In this document: positions 26,889 to 38,060 of the stretch, piece by piece | How the letters are laid out: each line of letters opens with the position of its first letter | Position numbering within the stretch: position 1 is the first letter of the stretch | NCBI GenBank assembly: GCA_977020255.1 | Contig: CDROCS010001825.1 | Location: 310,001-374,000 of the forward strand | Reading direction: 5' to 3' | Length of the DNA stretch: 64,000 nucleotides | Source: Obrimoposthia wandeli | Lineage: Eukaryota | The notes under the pieces: model-generated | Told to the model about the DNA's origin: nothing | Seen by the model: only the letters and a program-made list of their open reading frames with translations | Databases searched by the model: none | Made by a program: the position numbers and the translations under genes

Positions 26889-28180
26889 CAAGGTGTCCCA
26901 TAACGAATTACCCATGTTAAAAATATTATAAAACGATTATAAATTCGATCAAAATCTTCAAGATTTTTAACTTTGCATGGAGTATATATTTGCTACACAT
27001 CCTTATTGTTTCGTTTTACTATATCAATTTTATCAATAAGATATGGCGCCAGAAACAAAACGTGCTTAAATTGTTGCATGTTGGAATTTCTAACAGTGAT
27101 ATAGTAAAGCAGCTGGGTGTGTGTCGCAAAACTGTTTTCAACGTCTGGAAACGACATAATGAGGAGGCTACAACATTTGAGAAAACTAATCTAGGACGAA
27201 AAAGGTCAATCCGTACAAAACGAGTTACTGAAGCTGTGATGAAACGAATCAAGAGGGATCCCCATAGGAGTATGAGAAAAACTGCAAAAGCTATGAATAT
27301 CTCAAAATCCTCAATGCATAGGATATTTAAAAAGGATTTACTGATGACTGCATACAAAAAGCAATCTAGGCAGTTAATTTCAGGTGCTTCCAAGAAGAAA
27401 CGGCTCAACAGGGGCATAATTATGTTAGTAAAAATGAAGCGCGCCGGCGAAAAAAAATGTATCTGGTCTGATGAGAAGATCTTTACCGTGGAGGCAGTTG
27501 CTAATAAGCAAAATGATAGAATTTACGCACATCATTCTACAGATCTTCCCGAAGGTAGCAGAACACATTTCAAGTGACAGAAACCAGCTGGAGTCATGGT
27601 ATGGGCTGCAGTTGCTTCTGATGGGTCTAAGTCCCCTCTGATATTCGTCGATGAAGGTGTTAAGGTGAACACTAATGTATACATCAAAATTTTGGATGAA
27701 AACGTGTTACCCTGGATCACTAGCACATTTGGAGAGCATTATGTATTTACTCAAGATGGTGCACCGGCTCACACGTCTAATTTGACTCAAAAATGGTGTA
27801 AAGATCATTTTTCTGAATTCTGGGACAAGGACGTATGGCCTCCCTCAAGTCCAGACATTAACCCAATGGACTTTTCTATTTGGTCTATCTTAGAGAGCAA
27901 TGTTTCCTCTAAATCATACTCAAATGTAGCTGCTCTAAAAGAAGCCCTTCTTAACACATGGTCCAAGTTTGATGAGGAGGTGGTGCGGCGATCTTGTCAA
28001 TCAGTGACCACTTGTTTACAGGCTATGGTGAAAGCAAAAGCCGGCCATTTTGAGATTTGACTATTTTAAAATATTGGTAAAATATATGTAAACGTATGGT
28101 CCGAGATTTATTATTCTATCTTAAGTTAACATTGAATAATTTTTAAAAAAACCATGGGTAAGTCATTATGGGACACCCTG
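26889..28180 (+). mobile_element. Tc1/mariner DD37D (maT/Bmmar1-like) transposon, 1292 bp
   Basis: TIRs CAAGGTGTCCCATAACGAATTACCCATG and CATGGGTAAGTCATTATGGGACACCCTG (3 mismatches in 28), TA on both sides. Confidence 0.95.
27043..28060 (+). pseudogene. DD37D transposase, disrupted
   Basis: WSDEK, TQDGAPAH, SPDINPMDF with 37 residues between the last two Asp; in-frame TGA at 27575-27577; ATG at 27043 is out of frame with the body. Confidence 0.9.
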
Positions 28181-28299
28181 TACAGTTAAGATGAGTTCAT
28201 TAATTTCAAGTGTTTTACTGATTTTGAGAATGACATGCTATTTCAGGGCTGTACAACTCAAAATCGATGAGAGCCATTAAAAATAAAAGAAAGTAATGT

Positions 28300-28720
28300 G
28301 AGGGTCCTAGGATTATATATCAAAATATCTTTGAAGGGGCCGTTAGTCAGACAAGGTGAATACTTCTTTTTTCAAATTGAAATTTATGATGGAGGATGTC
28401 TGCTCACATATGTAAGTGCTGCCAAAAACACAAAACATTTTCAATGCGAGATCTATAAAAAATTTGTACTTTTTAAAATCCATATTTTTAGTAGAAATAC
28501 TTCAAGCTACTTTCTCTGTGTTTAATTCGGTACACTATCGAACATTGTAGTTCAATAACTTCCAACTGTAACTCAAATGGTAGGTACTCTGGATCAACAG
28601 GAAAATAATCTTCAGTTAGTTTTAATTGAGCTAGTCTTTCGTTAGGTAAAGTAAATCTTTTACTAAATTCTTCAATCAATAAATCAATACTTTTCACCTA
28701 ACCCAGTGCTTTTCGCTGAG
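28300..28720 (-). mobile_element. hAT (SPIN/GTF2IRD2-like) transposase C-terminal relic
   Basis: PFELQLEVIELQCS and LALKMFCVFGSTYICEQTSS. Confidence 0.8.
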
Positions 28721-29312
28721 GAATATGCAAAGCACAAATAGGAGTGAGATATTTCGCGTTTCAACAACTGATATAACGGATATAACGTACATTTTTAGTC
28801 CTTAGAAAATATTATCATTTTTACAAAATATAATTTTATCTTTATGTTTTATTTTTTAATATTGGTACAGTTAACATTATTTTTTAGACATTAAGTAAAA
28901 TATATTAAACTACAGAAACCTGTGTCTGGCATTAAAAAAAATCGAATCAATTTAAATTATATTGATTTGACATAACAAATGAAAGACTGCCTTAAAAATT
29001 GAATATTCAATTTTTACTTTTATTAAATTAATTTGTTTGTAGAAATATAAAGTTGGCTATTATGGAAAACTATTTTAGTCCATTGATTGTCTGTTAAAAT
29101 GGGATTACACTGTGTTTAATTTTCAATTTTTCTAGTATAATTTTGAAACATCTAAAGAAAAACTGTAGATAAGGAGATCTTTTTGAGAGATCTAACACTC
29201 GGGCATCATTTTAAGTTATTTTGATACAGTACATAAAGTTTAAAGTGAAAACTTAATATTTGTATACTTTTCAATATACAATGCTAACGCTATCGCTCTG
29301 TGCTTCAATTAG

Positions 29313-29551
29313 CGTCTAGTATCAAAGACGGTCGAGTAGTATTTAACTACGGTGACGAGCCGTTGGAGTGTGTTCCCAAGGGTGACTGGGTACCACTGAG
29401 CAAGGCGCCCGCGGATAATGTGGTGCCCAATTTCAACTGTGGCTGGCGTATAAACCCCTTCGATAGTACCAAGGGCACTGATGTAGCGGGCAACGGTATG
29501 GAGGTGCAGTCAGCCATGGACGGCCAATGGAATGGCTGCAGGTCCAACAAG
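29313..29551 (+). CDS. Exon: end of SPRY 1 and start of SPRY 2
   Basis: VVFNYGDEP...WVPLSKAPADNVVPN then WRINPFD...GNGMEVQSAMDGQWNGCRSNK; phase 1 in, 0 out; gtaact donor. Confidence 0.9.
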
Positions 29552-29637
29552 GTAACTGAATCCAGTTTGCAATTAACTTGAGCCAACCTTCATTGGATTG
29601 CAGATACATGACCTGATGAATGCTACCCTATTTACAG

Positions 29638-29844
29638 GGCGTATTCGATGCTGGCAAGTATTATTTCGAAGCGATACCGATGGAGGACGGGCTTGCTCGA
29701 TTGGGTTGGGCTACAGACAATGGCAGTCTGAATCTAGGTAGTGATCCACTCGGTTTCGGCTATGGTGCAGATGAGGAAGGATTCGGAATCAGTGGGAATC
29801 AAAGCAAGAAGATGCACAAGGGCGAGATCGACAATTACGGCCGG
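29638..29844 (+). CDS. Exon: SPRY domain 2 core
   Basis: GVFDAGKYYFEAIPMEDGLARLGWATDNGSLNLGSDPLGFGYG...KKMHKGEIDNYGR; tttacag acceptor, gtaagc donor. Confidence 0.93.
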
Positions 29845-29881
29845 GTAAGCGGGTTACATGTGGTTATATTTTATCAGGACT

Positions 29882-30178
29882 GTCATACTGAGGTTGTGTC
29901 ATACCAAGGTTGAGTCATATCGAGGTTATGTCATACCAAGGTTGAGTCATCTCGAGGTTATGTCATAACAAGGTTGAGTCATATCGATGTTATGTCATAC
30001 CAAGGTTGTATCATATCGAGGTTATGTCATACCAAGGTTGAGTCATATCGAGGTTATGTCATAACAAGGGTGAGTCATATCGAGGTTATGTCATACCAAG
30101 GTTGTATCATATCTATGTTATGTCGTACCAAGGTTGTGTCATATCAAGGCTGTGTCATATCGAGGTTCGGTCATATGC
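29882..30178. repeat. Minisatellite, 16-bp monomer organised as 32-bp dimer, about 18 monomers
   Basis: Alternating tgtcataccaaggttg / agtcatatcgaggtta. Confidence 0.92.
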
Positions 30179-32187
30179 AGGAATCTATTCATATGATTTA
30201 GATTATTTAAATTGAATTCCGATTTTAAATTAAAATATGTAAAAGTAATGTGTATAAATTTATCGGAATATGTGACAAAGTGTTTCTAATTCTCGGTTAA
30301 ATCCTGTCCAAATGAACGTCTCGGAATTGGAACTATCTTCTCTCTCGCACCAACCTAGTTATCTACCATAGAACAGCACATAACTGTCCCCACGCGATTT
30401 GCCAACTGTCTGTCTTTCTTTTGCGTGGGCTTGGGGCTTGTAGTCTATTGTGATATATCATCAACTGGCAGCAATTAGAGTCTCAACATAAGTTTCTGAC
30501 GCTTAGTTTCAGTTGGAGATTTGGGCAGATTTGTGAAACTGATTCTCTTTAGTTGAATCAATAGTTATTTTTGAATCAATAGTTGAATAAAATAACACAC
30601 AAATTTATTTTAATACCATGGCCTGCTTTAGCATTTAATTGTACATCATTAGAAGAAGAAAAAAATTATAAATTTTTAAAATTCCATTTCCAATAATCTT
30701 AAAATGCTTAAATTATTTCCATATAAATTACTATAATATTCCAAAACATCACTTATTTTGGATACTTCTAGTTTATTTGTAAGTTTTAATCATTTTGCTT
30801 GCTTTTATGATGGGTATATCTTAATTTATTCTCTTTTTATTTCTTTCTGTAAGTGTATTTTTGTTATCTTTAGTCATTTTTATTTGTAACATTATTGCAG
30901 GAAAGTGGATTTCAAAATGTGTAAGTACTGTTTCATAATGACAAATATTACGCTCAGCAAAATCAACACAGTAGCATAATCAATAAAACTAGTAATATTA
31001 TTAGTTAAACTTTTAATCAGACCTTCACGCAGTAGAATATATTATAGCAGAGTACGTCAAAAGTGCCATACTAAAAGTTAGTGAACGTATGTTTTAGATA
31101 AACTATCCATTCATGTAACATTATTAAAGATTATAGAGGAACGTAACAAGCAGGTTGTTTCTTCACGACTACAGAAACCAACCGAAAATAAGTTGTTCAC
31201 ACCAAGGGTTTAGCCAAGCGACTGTTACTCCCAGATTGGTAGCCATGACTAGTAGATTTGGCCATCGGCGTTGGGATTGAGAAAGTTTAAATATTTACCA
31301 ACTAAAATTCGCAATGCTATTAAAATTTTCTTTGGAAAACGTAATTTATTTTCCTCAATAGGTAAATCATTTTGAAATATATTTATTGCTAAAATTATAA
31401 ATTGAAATAAATTTATTTAACTTTCTATAATACTCACTAAGGGAAGTAGTATATCTCCAATTATTTTCATAGTTACAAAATACTGTCAAAAATAATTGTC
31501 AGAAGCAATGTTAAAATATTTACTCCCTAAAAACATTATATAGATATAAATACGTTACTAAGGGGTTCATAAATGTGTGAGTTTATTCGATGTTTACTAA
31601 AGTTGAAAATATATTTTAAACCTAAAAAATACATAAGGCGAAATAATTATCAATATTTTCTCATTAAATAATTCAAAATAATTATTATTTTCAATTTTAA
31701 TAACAAATAAATATGTATAACAATATATTTTAAAATAATGAGTATCGTGAGATTTTTTTTGTTAACTAAGTTGTTTTCAGAATCAATCAATAAATTTAAA
31801 ACTTATATTAAAACTTTGATTTTCACATTTAATAACTTTTCTTGGTTTAATAAAAAAAATGTAGCAAAATTCTGGAAAATTTTAAAGTTGATAATATTAG
31901 AATTATTCGATAAATTAGTATAAAAAATTAGAATTCATTAAGTTTTCTTAATTTATTAAATATAGGTTGTCAAAGATTTTTCACAGATGATAAATATTTT
32001 AATTCAAATTGCAAAAATTTACATTTTTGGACAACTTATGTTTAATAACTAGTCGTACAGACAAACCAACATCATAGAAGAGAAAAGCAACAAACATCAT
32101 TATGTAGAATGACTTTCAAATTCAAACACTTCAAAAGAATACTGTGATAACGTTAAGATGAAAACGTTATTAGTTTGTTTCTTGCAG

Positions 32188-32394
32188 CCATTCGAGAAAG
32201 GAGATGTCGTGGGTTGCTATATCGATCTGGACAACAAGTTTGTGAAATGGTCTAAGAACGGCGAAGTATTTGGTCCCGCCTACAATCTCCCTGATGATCT
32301 GGTAGAGACCCGGGCCTTTTATCCCACGGCGAGTTTGCTGAATAACACTCTGGACTTCAACTTCGGAGACAGGCCCTTCCAGTTCTATCCCGGG
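32188..32394 (+). CDS. Exon: SPRY domain 2 C-terminal part
   Basis: PFEKGDVVGCYIDLDNKFVKWSKNGEVFGPAYNLP...FYPTASLLNNTLDFNFGDRPFQFYPG; ttgcag acceptor, gtacgc donor. Confidence 0.92.
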
Positions 32395-32679
32395 GTACGC
32401 TTTCATCCTGGTTTATCAAAACAGTGACATCAACATCGACCTTTTATAATAAAATTTTCAACTGTTAAATTTCGTAGTAAATATTCTTATTATGTAAATC
32501 TGTACTATTAAAAGTACAGCAATATTTATTTACCACAAATATTCAAGAAATAATACTCTTATTTCCCCCTTAAATTAGGTCGCTAATCAAGGTGCGTATT
32601 ATATATGGTACCGTATTATAATTTGATTTTACAGGGAATCATATACTCATTAATAATATTGGTCTCCAAACAGACATTA

Positions 32680-32930
32680 CGTGGTGAAAGACTAATTGAA
32701 CCTTCTAGTACTTGGTTCCCTTGGAAGTTTCCCTAATGATAGCTGGCATTTGATGCGTAGTTGTATATGGAAAAGTGAATTACTAGAAGTACTTGGTTTA
32801 TAGCGTCCTCAACTTATTCTGAGACTTAAAATGGGTACCAAATGTGGCTTTCTTTATTGATGTTGCACGATTTTATATGAATGACTACTTGGGGAATTTT
32901 TAGTGAGCAGAATTGCAGATGTATGATGAG
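32680..32930 (+). pseudogene. Degenerate 28S rRNA fragment
   Basis: ggtgaaagactaattgaaccttctagtacttggttcccttggaagtttccctaatgatagctggca ~ GGCGAAAGACTAATCGAACCATCTAGTAGCTGGTTCC...GAAGTTTCCCTCAGGATAGCTGG; later ctcaacttattct...aaatggg and gagcagaattgcagatgtatgatgagc. Confidence 0.82.
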
Positions 32931-33539
32931 CTATAAAATATACGTAGAAGATTTTGAACTTTATTATTATTTAAGATAGCATCAGTTGTACAGTAATTTT
33001 GTGGCAATTTATAAAAATTAAATTTTTTAAGAAATTACATTTTAACTTTTATCGAAAAATATCTCTAATAAAACTAAAATGTTTATTATTAAGGGCTTAG
33101 CTGAAGGTCTTTTTGCTTCGAATATAACAATAAATTTGAAGAGAAATCGTGACACTTTGAAAAGTTTATAAATCGTCAGTACCTATTGTCTGTTAACGTG
33201 AAAATAAGAATGATTACAAATGTTGGGACTAAATTAATGTCAACAAAGAAGGCGGCCCGAAGTTCAGCAATGCCCGAGAGTCACATGGAAGTATGGCAAA
33301 ATATTCAAACGGCTGTTTAAATATATATCGAAAAAGAAAGCCTCAACTTTGATTATCAATATAATGAAAAATAGATTGTTTTGAAGATTATAGATAATTT
33401 TTCAATTTCATCCTGTTTTTTTTCTGTTACAATTTTATTCGCTATTACAATTATTATTTTTTGAGGTTGCAGTGAGCATTTTAAAACACAGTATTGGGAA
33501 AGTTATAAGACACTATTGTGCCTCCTTTTGAGGGGTGGG

Positions 33540-33800
33540 ACCCTGGGAAAAGAAAGTGCTTGACAGTTTTGAAGAGTTGCATGAAAACAATATTTCATTC
33601 ATGATCGATTTCTTTACCATACACATATATGGTGTCGAATAAAATCATCAGAAAATCATAATTCTGCGAAACTGTCGCCCTTCAATCGAACGATTTCTGG
33701 AAACGCATGACACAATATCTCAGGAGTTGGAGTATGATTACTTTGCCGAATCGATCACATTTCTGCTGAGTACTATCAAACAAGTTTGTATATTCACAAG
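33540..33800 (-). mobile_element. Possible Gypsy RT relic
   Basis: LLRYCVMRF and FLMILFDTIYVYGKEIDHE resemble RT motifs. Confidence 0.4.
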
Positions 33801-34418
33801 CATTTCTGTGACCTTTCACATACATTAGTTGTGGCGAGAAATATCGGCTAGGGGCACAACAATAATGCTATTATGTCCACTCTGAAGTATACAACCACAG
33901 GCACACATACTAGTAAGAAATGTCCCTCGGGACTAACTCTATTTGAAGATCTCAATTAAGAACTTGACGTGACGAGAAATATAAATTAAGTTGAAATTAA
34001 AAGTTTAGATATTAGAATTTTATATACAGACCAACTTTGAAAGTGTCGAATATTTTGTCCACTATAAAGTAAAGTCAGGAGAAGATTGATTATCTAATTT
34101 AGTATATTACATTTTATTTTCCAGTATATTAATTTACATTGCACTACTTTTATGATGAAATATCACGCCATTTACTATGTATCTCTGATTACCTCCCATG
34201 AACAGTCGCTCCGTGTGGACTTATATTGTTGATATATGCGTATATAGGCTTGTTTCATAAATTTACAACTATTCCATGTATTGAGCATATTGAATTTTCA
34301 AGCGCTCTTCCTATTGAATGAATGAATATTGGTTTAGATTTCTATCCTTAGCTGATATATAGCATTATGTGGAATGATTTTTTCTTGGAAAATTTAATTG
34401 ATTCGAGAAAGTAGCCAC

Positions 34419-35550
34419 TACCACAGAGAATAGTGTATTATTATGAAAGAAAATATGCAAGAAAAAGTAAATTTCAAAATAAATTGTATTAAAAATTGAT
34501 AAAAATTGTTAAGCACAATTTGCTGCCAATGGAAATACAGAGAAGAGTAAAAAGATTGATCCAGCGGTGAGTGTTGTTGTTTATTTTCTCTTAAGTTTAT
34601 ATAACTTCAAAGTTACTGAGATTTAGCGATCCTTTAATTTAGGTGTATTCCATGAGCTTTGGGGCTTTAGTTCCATTTTTAAAGCTCATTATTTGAAGAA
34701 AAAAAATCTAATATTATTCATTTATCTGCCTAAAAATGACTAAATACACCATTAGGAAAATATTTTAAGATTTCATTACATTTCAATAGTTTTGATATCA
34801 ATATTTTAAAATATGATGAATTTTCAACAAAATATAATATGACTATATCCTATTTGTATTCATCAATAAATGTAGATAATTAAAATAATATCGTCAGAAT
34901 ATGTCAGAATATGTCAATATACCACAGAGAATAGTGTATTATTATGAAAGAAAATATGCAAGAAAAAGTAAATTTCAAAATAAATTGTATTAAAAATTGA
35001 TAAAAATTGTTAAGCACAAAGCTCATTATTTGAAGAAAAAAAATCTAATATTATCCATTTATCTGCCTAAAAATGACTAAATACAGCATTAGGAAAATAT
35101 TTTAATATTTCATTACATTTCAATAGTTTTGATATCAATATTTTAAAATATGATGAATTTTCAACAAAATATAATATGACTATATCCTATTTGTATTCAT
35201 CAATAAATGTAGATAATTAAAATAATATCGTCAGAATATGTCAGAATATGTCAATATACCACAGAGAATAGTGTATTATTATGAAAGAAAATATGCAAGA
35301 AAAAGTAAATTTCAAAATAAATTGTATTAAAAATTGATAAAAATTGTTAAGCACAAAGCTCATTATTTGAAGAAAAAAAATCTAATATTATCCATTTATC
35401 TGCCTAAAAATGACTAAATACAGCATTAGGAAAATATTTTAATATTTCATTACATTTCAATAGTTTTGATATCAATATTTTAAAATATGATGAATTTTCA
35501 ACAAAATATAATAAATGTAGATAATTAAAATAATATCGTCAGAATATGTC
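34419..35550. repeat. Tandem array, unit about 337 bp x3, first unit interrupted by a 162-bp insert
   Basis: taccacagagaatag recurs at 34419, 34920, 35257; third unit has an internal deletion. Confidence 0.92.
34519..34680 (+). repeat. Partial copy of exon 35825-35893 plus donor and intron start
   Basis: Near-identical to 35846-36007 (1 difference seen). Confidence 0.92.
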
Positions 35551-35824
35551 ACTTTTTTGCGTGAATATTTTAAAGTTATGCTGAGAGGCTACTTTTAATT
35601 ACATATTAAAGTCGTTTTTTATTATAATTGAACGAGTTTTTTATTTAGTAAAGATGTGTTTTTAAATAAAAGTCGCTTTTGTGTGACCATTTTTTTTTAT
35701 ATTTGTTTTTCATTAACTTCATGTATTTTTAATTTCGAAATATGTTTTATAAAATGATCAAAAGTGATTAACAGGATTAGCAAACCACATATGCCATTTC
35801 AATGATTTAAATTATCGTTTCCAG

Positions 35825-35893
35825 ACAGAATGGATTCCAGTCTGCTTTGCTGCCAATGGAAATACAGAGAAGAGTAAAAAGATTGATCCAGCG
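35825..35893 (+). CDS. Short exon: SPRY 2 tail
   Basis: TEWIPVCFAANGNTEKSKKIDPA parallels GDWVPLSKAPADNV of SPRY 1; tttccag acceptor, gtgagt donor, 69 nt phase 0-0. Confidence 0.8.
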
Positions 35894-36539
35894 GTGAGTG
35901 TTGTTGTTTATTTTCTCTTAAGTTTATATAACTTCAAAGTTACTAAGATTTAGCGATCCTTTAATTTAGGTGTATTCCATGAGCTTTGGGGCTTTAGTTC
36001 CATTTTTATGATAAAGCATTTTTTTAAATATTATCAATTGAAACAACACTTTAGAAGTTTTCAATTCATATTGTTAATTAAATTAATTCATATTGCTCTA
36101 TTAAAACTCTATTTGCTCCGGTTTTCCGATAAATTTCTCTGTACCCCAAGTACGTATGTTATTTGCAATTCATTATTTTAAAATGTACAGAGATGTGTTT
36201 TTGTAATTGGTATTTATGCCGTGGTTACTGCTGTGCATAAATTTTAACACATTTACTTTCAAATTTTAATTTGAAGATTAATTATAAATCCGTTTTAAAA
36301 TATAATTAAATTGAATGCGTATTAACATTTATTATCGAACAAAATACATATCTTCATTATTTTTTCGACAATATTATTAAATATCATTAACTTTTAAAAC
36401 TTTCATAAGTTTTAACAAGCCTTTCTAAAAAATAGTCTTGTGTAAGTATTTTTATATACTTTTGAAAATATTAAGTACATATATTTTAATTTATAAGAAA
36501 ACTTATAAAACGATCAAAAGATTTTTATTACTAATATAG

Positions 36540-37370
36540 CTACGGAGTGATGAAAAATCTTATGGTGAAATTGGAGAACACTTAGGAATATTAAGGCAGT
36601 CAGAAATCTCTACGTATTTCAAAATATATGAAGATCAAATCTAAAAATTCCTAAAGAAAAATTTCCAAAAAAACAAACAATATTCATCGAGCACTTTTGA
36701 ATTATTGATGTTTGAATGTTTCTCAAACAACATGCTGAAGAACATTTTATAGATTAGGATATAAATATAGAATCTGTAAGAAAAGAAACTTGCAAATATG
36801 TAAAATATTGCAAACCCGATACAAGAAAATTTATAAACATTGATGGTACAGCTTGTTTGTGTACATATACAACTGATCCTGGAAATATAACAAAGGAGTC
36901 CAGGTAGTTGGATGGATAAGTGTTTGATTAACTGGATTAAGTTCTTCGATATGGACTCATTTATCATGGAAAATAAAATCAACACATAAATGAGATAATT
37001 ACTTGAATTCACTCAAGAAACCGCTGTTCCAATTATGAAACTTAATTATGGTGAAACATTGGCTTATCATGAAGCTCCTGTTCGTAAGGCAAGAATTTTC
37101 ATAATTTTTGAAAATAGATATATCAAAGTTTTAAAATGGCCAGCAAAGTCACGAGATATGAATGTTGCTGAAGATATTTGGAAAATGATTTCCAAAATCG
37201 TTTATAATGGGCTACAATATCAAAATTAAATGAATTTGATGGATTCAATTAATAAAGCCATTTTGAAAATAAATCAAAATCAAAGAAAAAAGTTACCGAA
37301 ACTAAATGACAATATCATTGCAAATTGATAAAAGTTGTAGCTAAAAAGAGCAATTTGTATAAGAAATAAG
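36540..37370 (+). mobile_element. Tc1-type transposase relic
   Basis: SYGEIGEHLGI HTH-like; HEAPVRKAR...IKVLKWPAKSRDMNVAEDIW. Confidence 0.7.
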
Positions 37371-37700
37371 TTTGTTGTGTGTTAAAATTTTTGTGTATTT
37401 TTTTTACAAAAACTATAAACTAAGTTAATAAAAATTAATATTATTATAAAATGTTGAGATATATTAAGTTTTTAAAAAATGTGATTGTGGTTTCACATTA
37501 TAGTTTAAACTCTAAATATAATGTGTAACCAAATAAAATGTTCTGTTTTAAAAATTAGACAAAGTTGTATAAGTGATATATACGAGAACCTACCATACTC
37601 GTATTATTACAGTAATTAAATAGTTAAAATGCAATAAATCGATTACAATTTTAAAATTCTGGTTAAAGGGCTCTCCGATAATAGTATTTATGTCTTTCAG

Positions 37701-38060
37701 TGGCTGAATCGACCACAAACGGATCGGAAAGAAGACATTCTGGAACTTCGTCGTCAGGAGCGCGACAAGCTGAAGCGGTCTCAGCTAGATAGACATCAAC
37801 AGGAACAGCAGGACCGTGAAAGGCGGCAGTTGCTGCTGCAGAAGCAGAAAGAGGAGGAAGAGTCGCGGCGTCAACGTGAGCGGGACCGCGACGAGGCAGA
37901 TCGGCAGGCTAAGAGAATGCAGGAGATGCGGGACAAAAATGAGCAAGAGCAGAGAAGATTGATGGAGATACAGGAGAGGGAGAGACAGATGCGCGAGGAG
38001 GAAGAAAGACAAAGACTAATGAGGGAGAATGAGACCACTGAAACGGAGGAGAGCTATCAG
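37701..38060 (+). CDS. Exon: E/R/Q/K-rich charged helical segment
   Basis: WLNRPQTDRKEDILELRRQERDKLKR...EEEESRRQRERDRDEADRQAKRMQEMRD...ETTETEESYQ; ctttcag acceptor, gtgag donor, 360 nt phase 0-0. Confidence 0.88.

Noticed and set aside
29974-30201. 75-aa repetitive ORF
   Set aside because: By-product of the minisatellite
24311-32427. DDX1 RNA helicase (or ryanodine receptor) gene
   Set aside because: Only SPRY domains are present; no Walker A, DEAD or other helicase motifs and no RyR domains; exons splice in phase with FERM and 4.1 CTD exons
32680-32930. R2/R5-type retrotransposon target junction
   Set aside because: Those target sites lie in the 3' half of 28S; this segment is from the 5' half and no R-element ORF adjoins it
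36641-37012. 123-aa minus-strand ORF
   Set aside because: AT-rich antisense reading through a Tc1 relic
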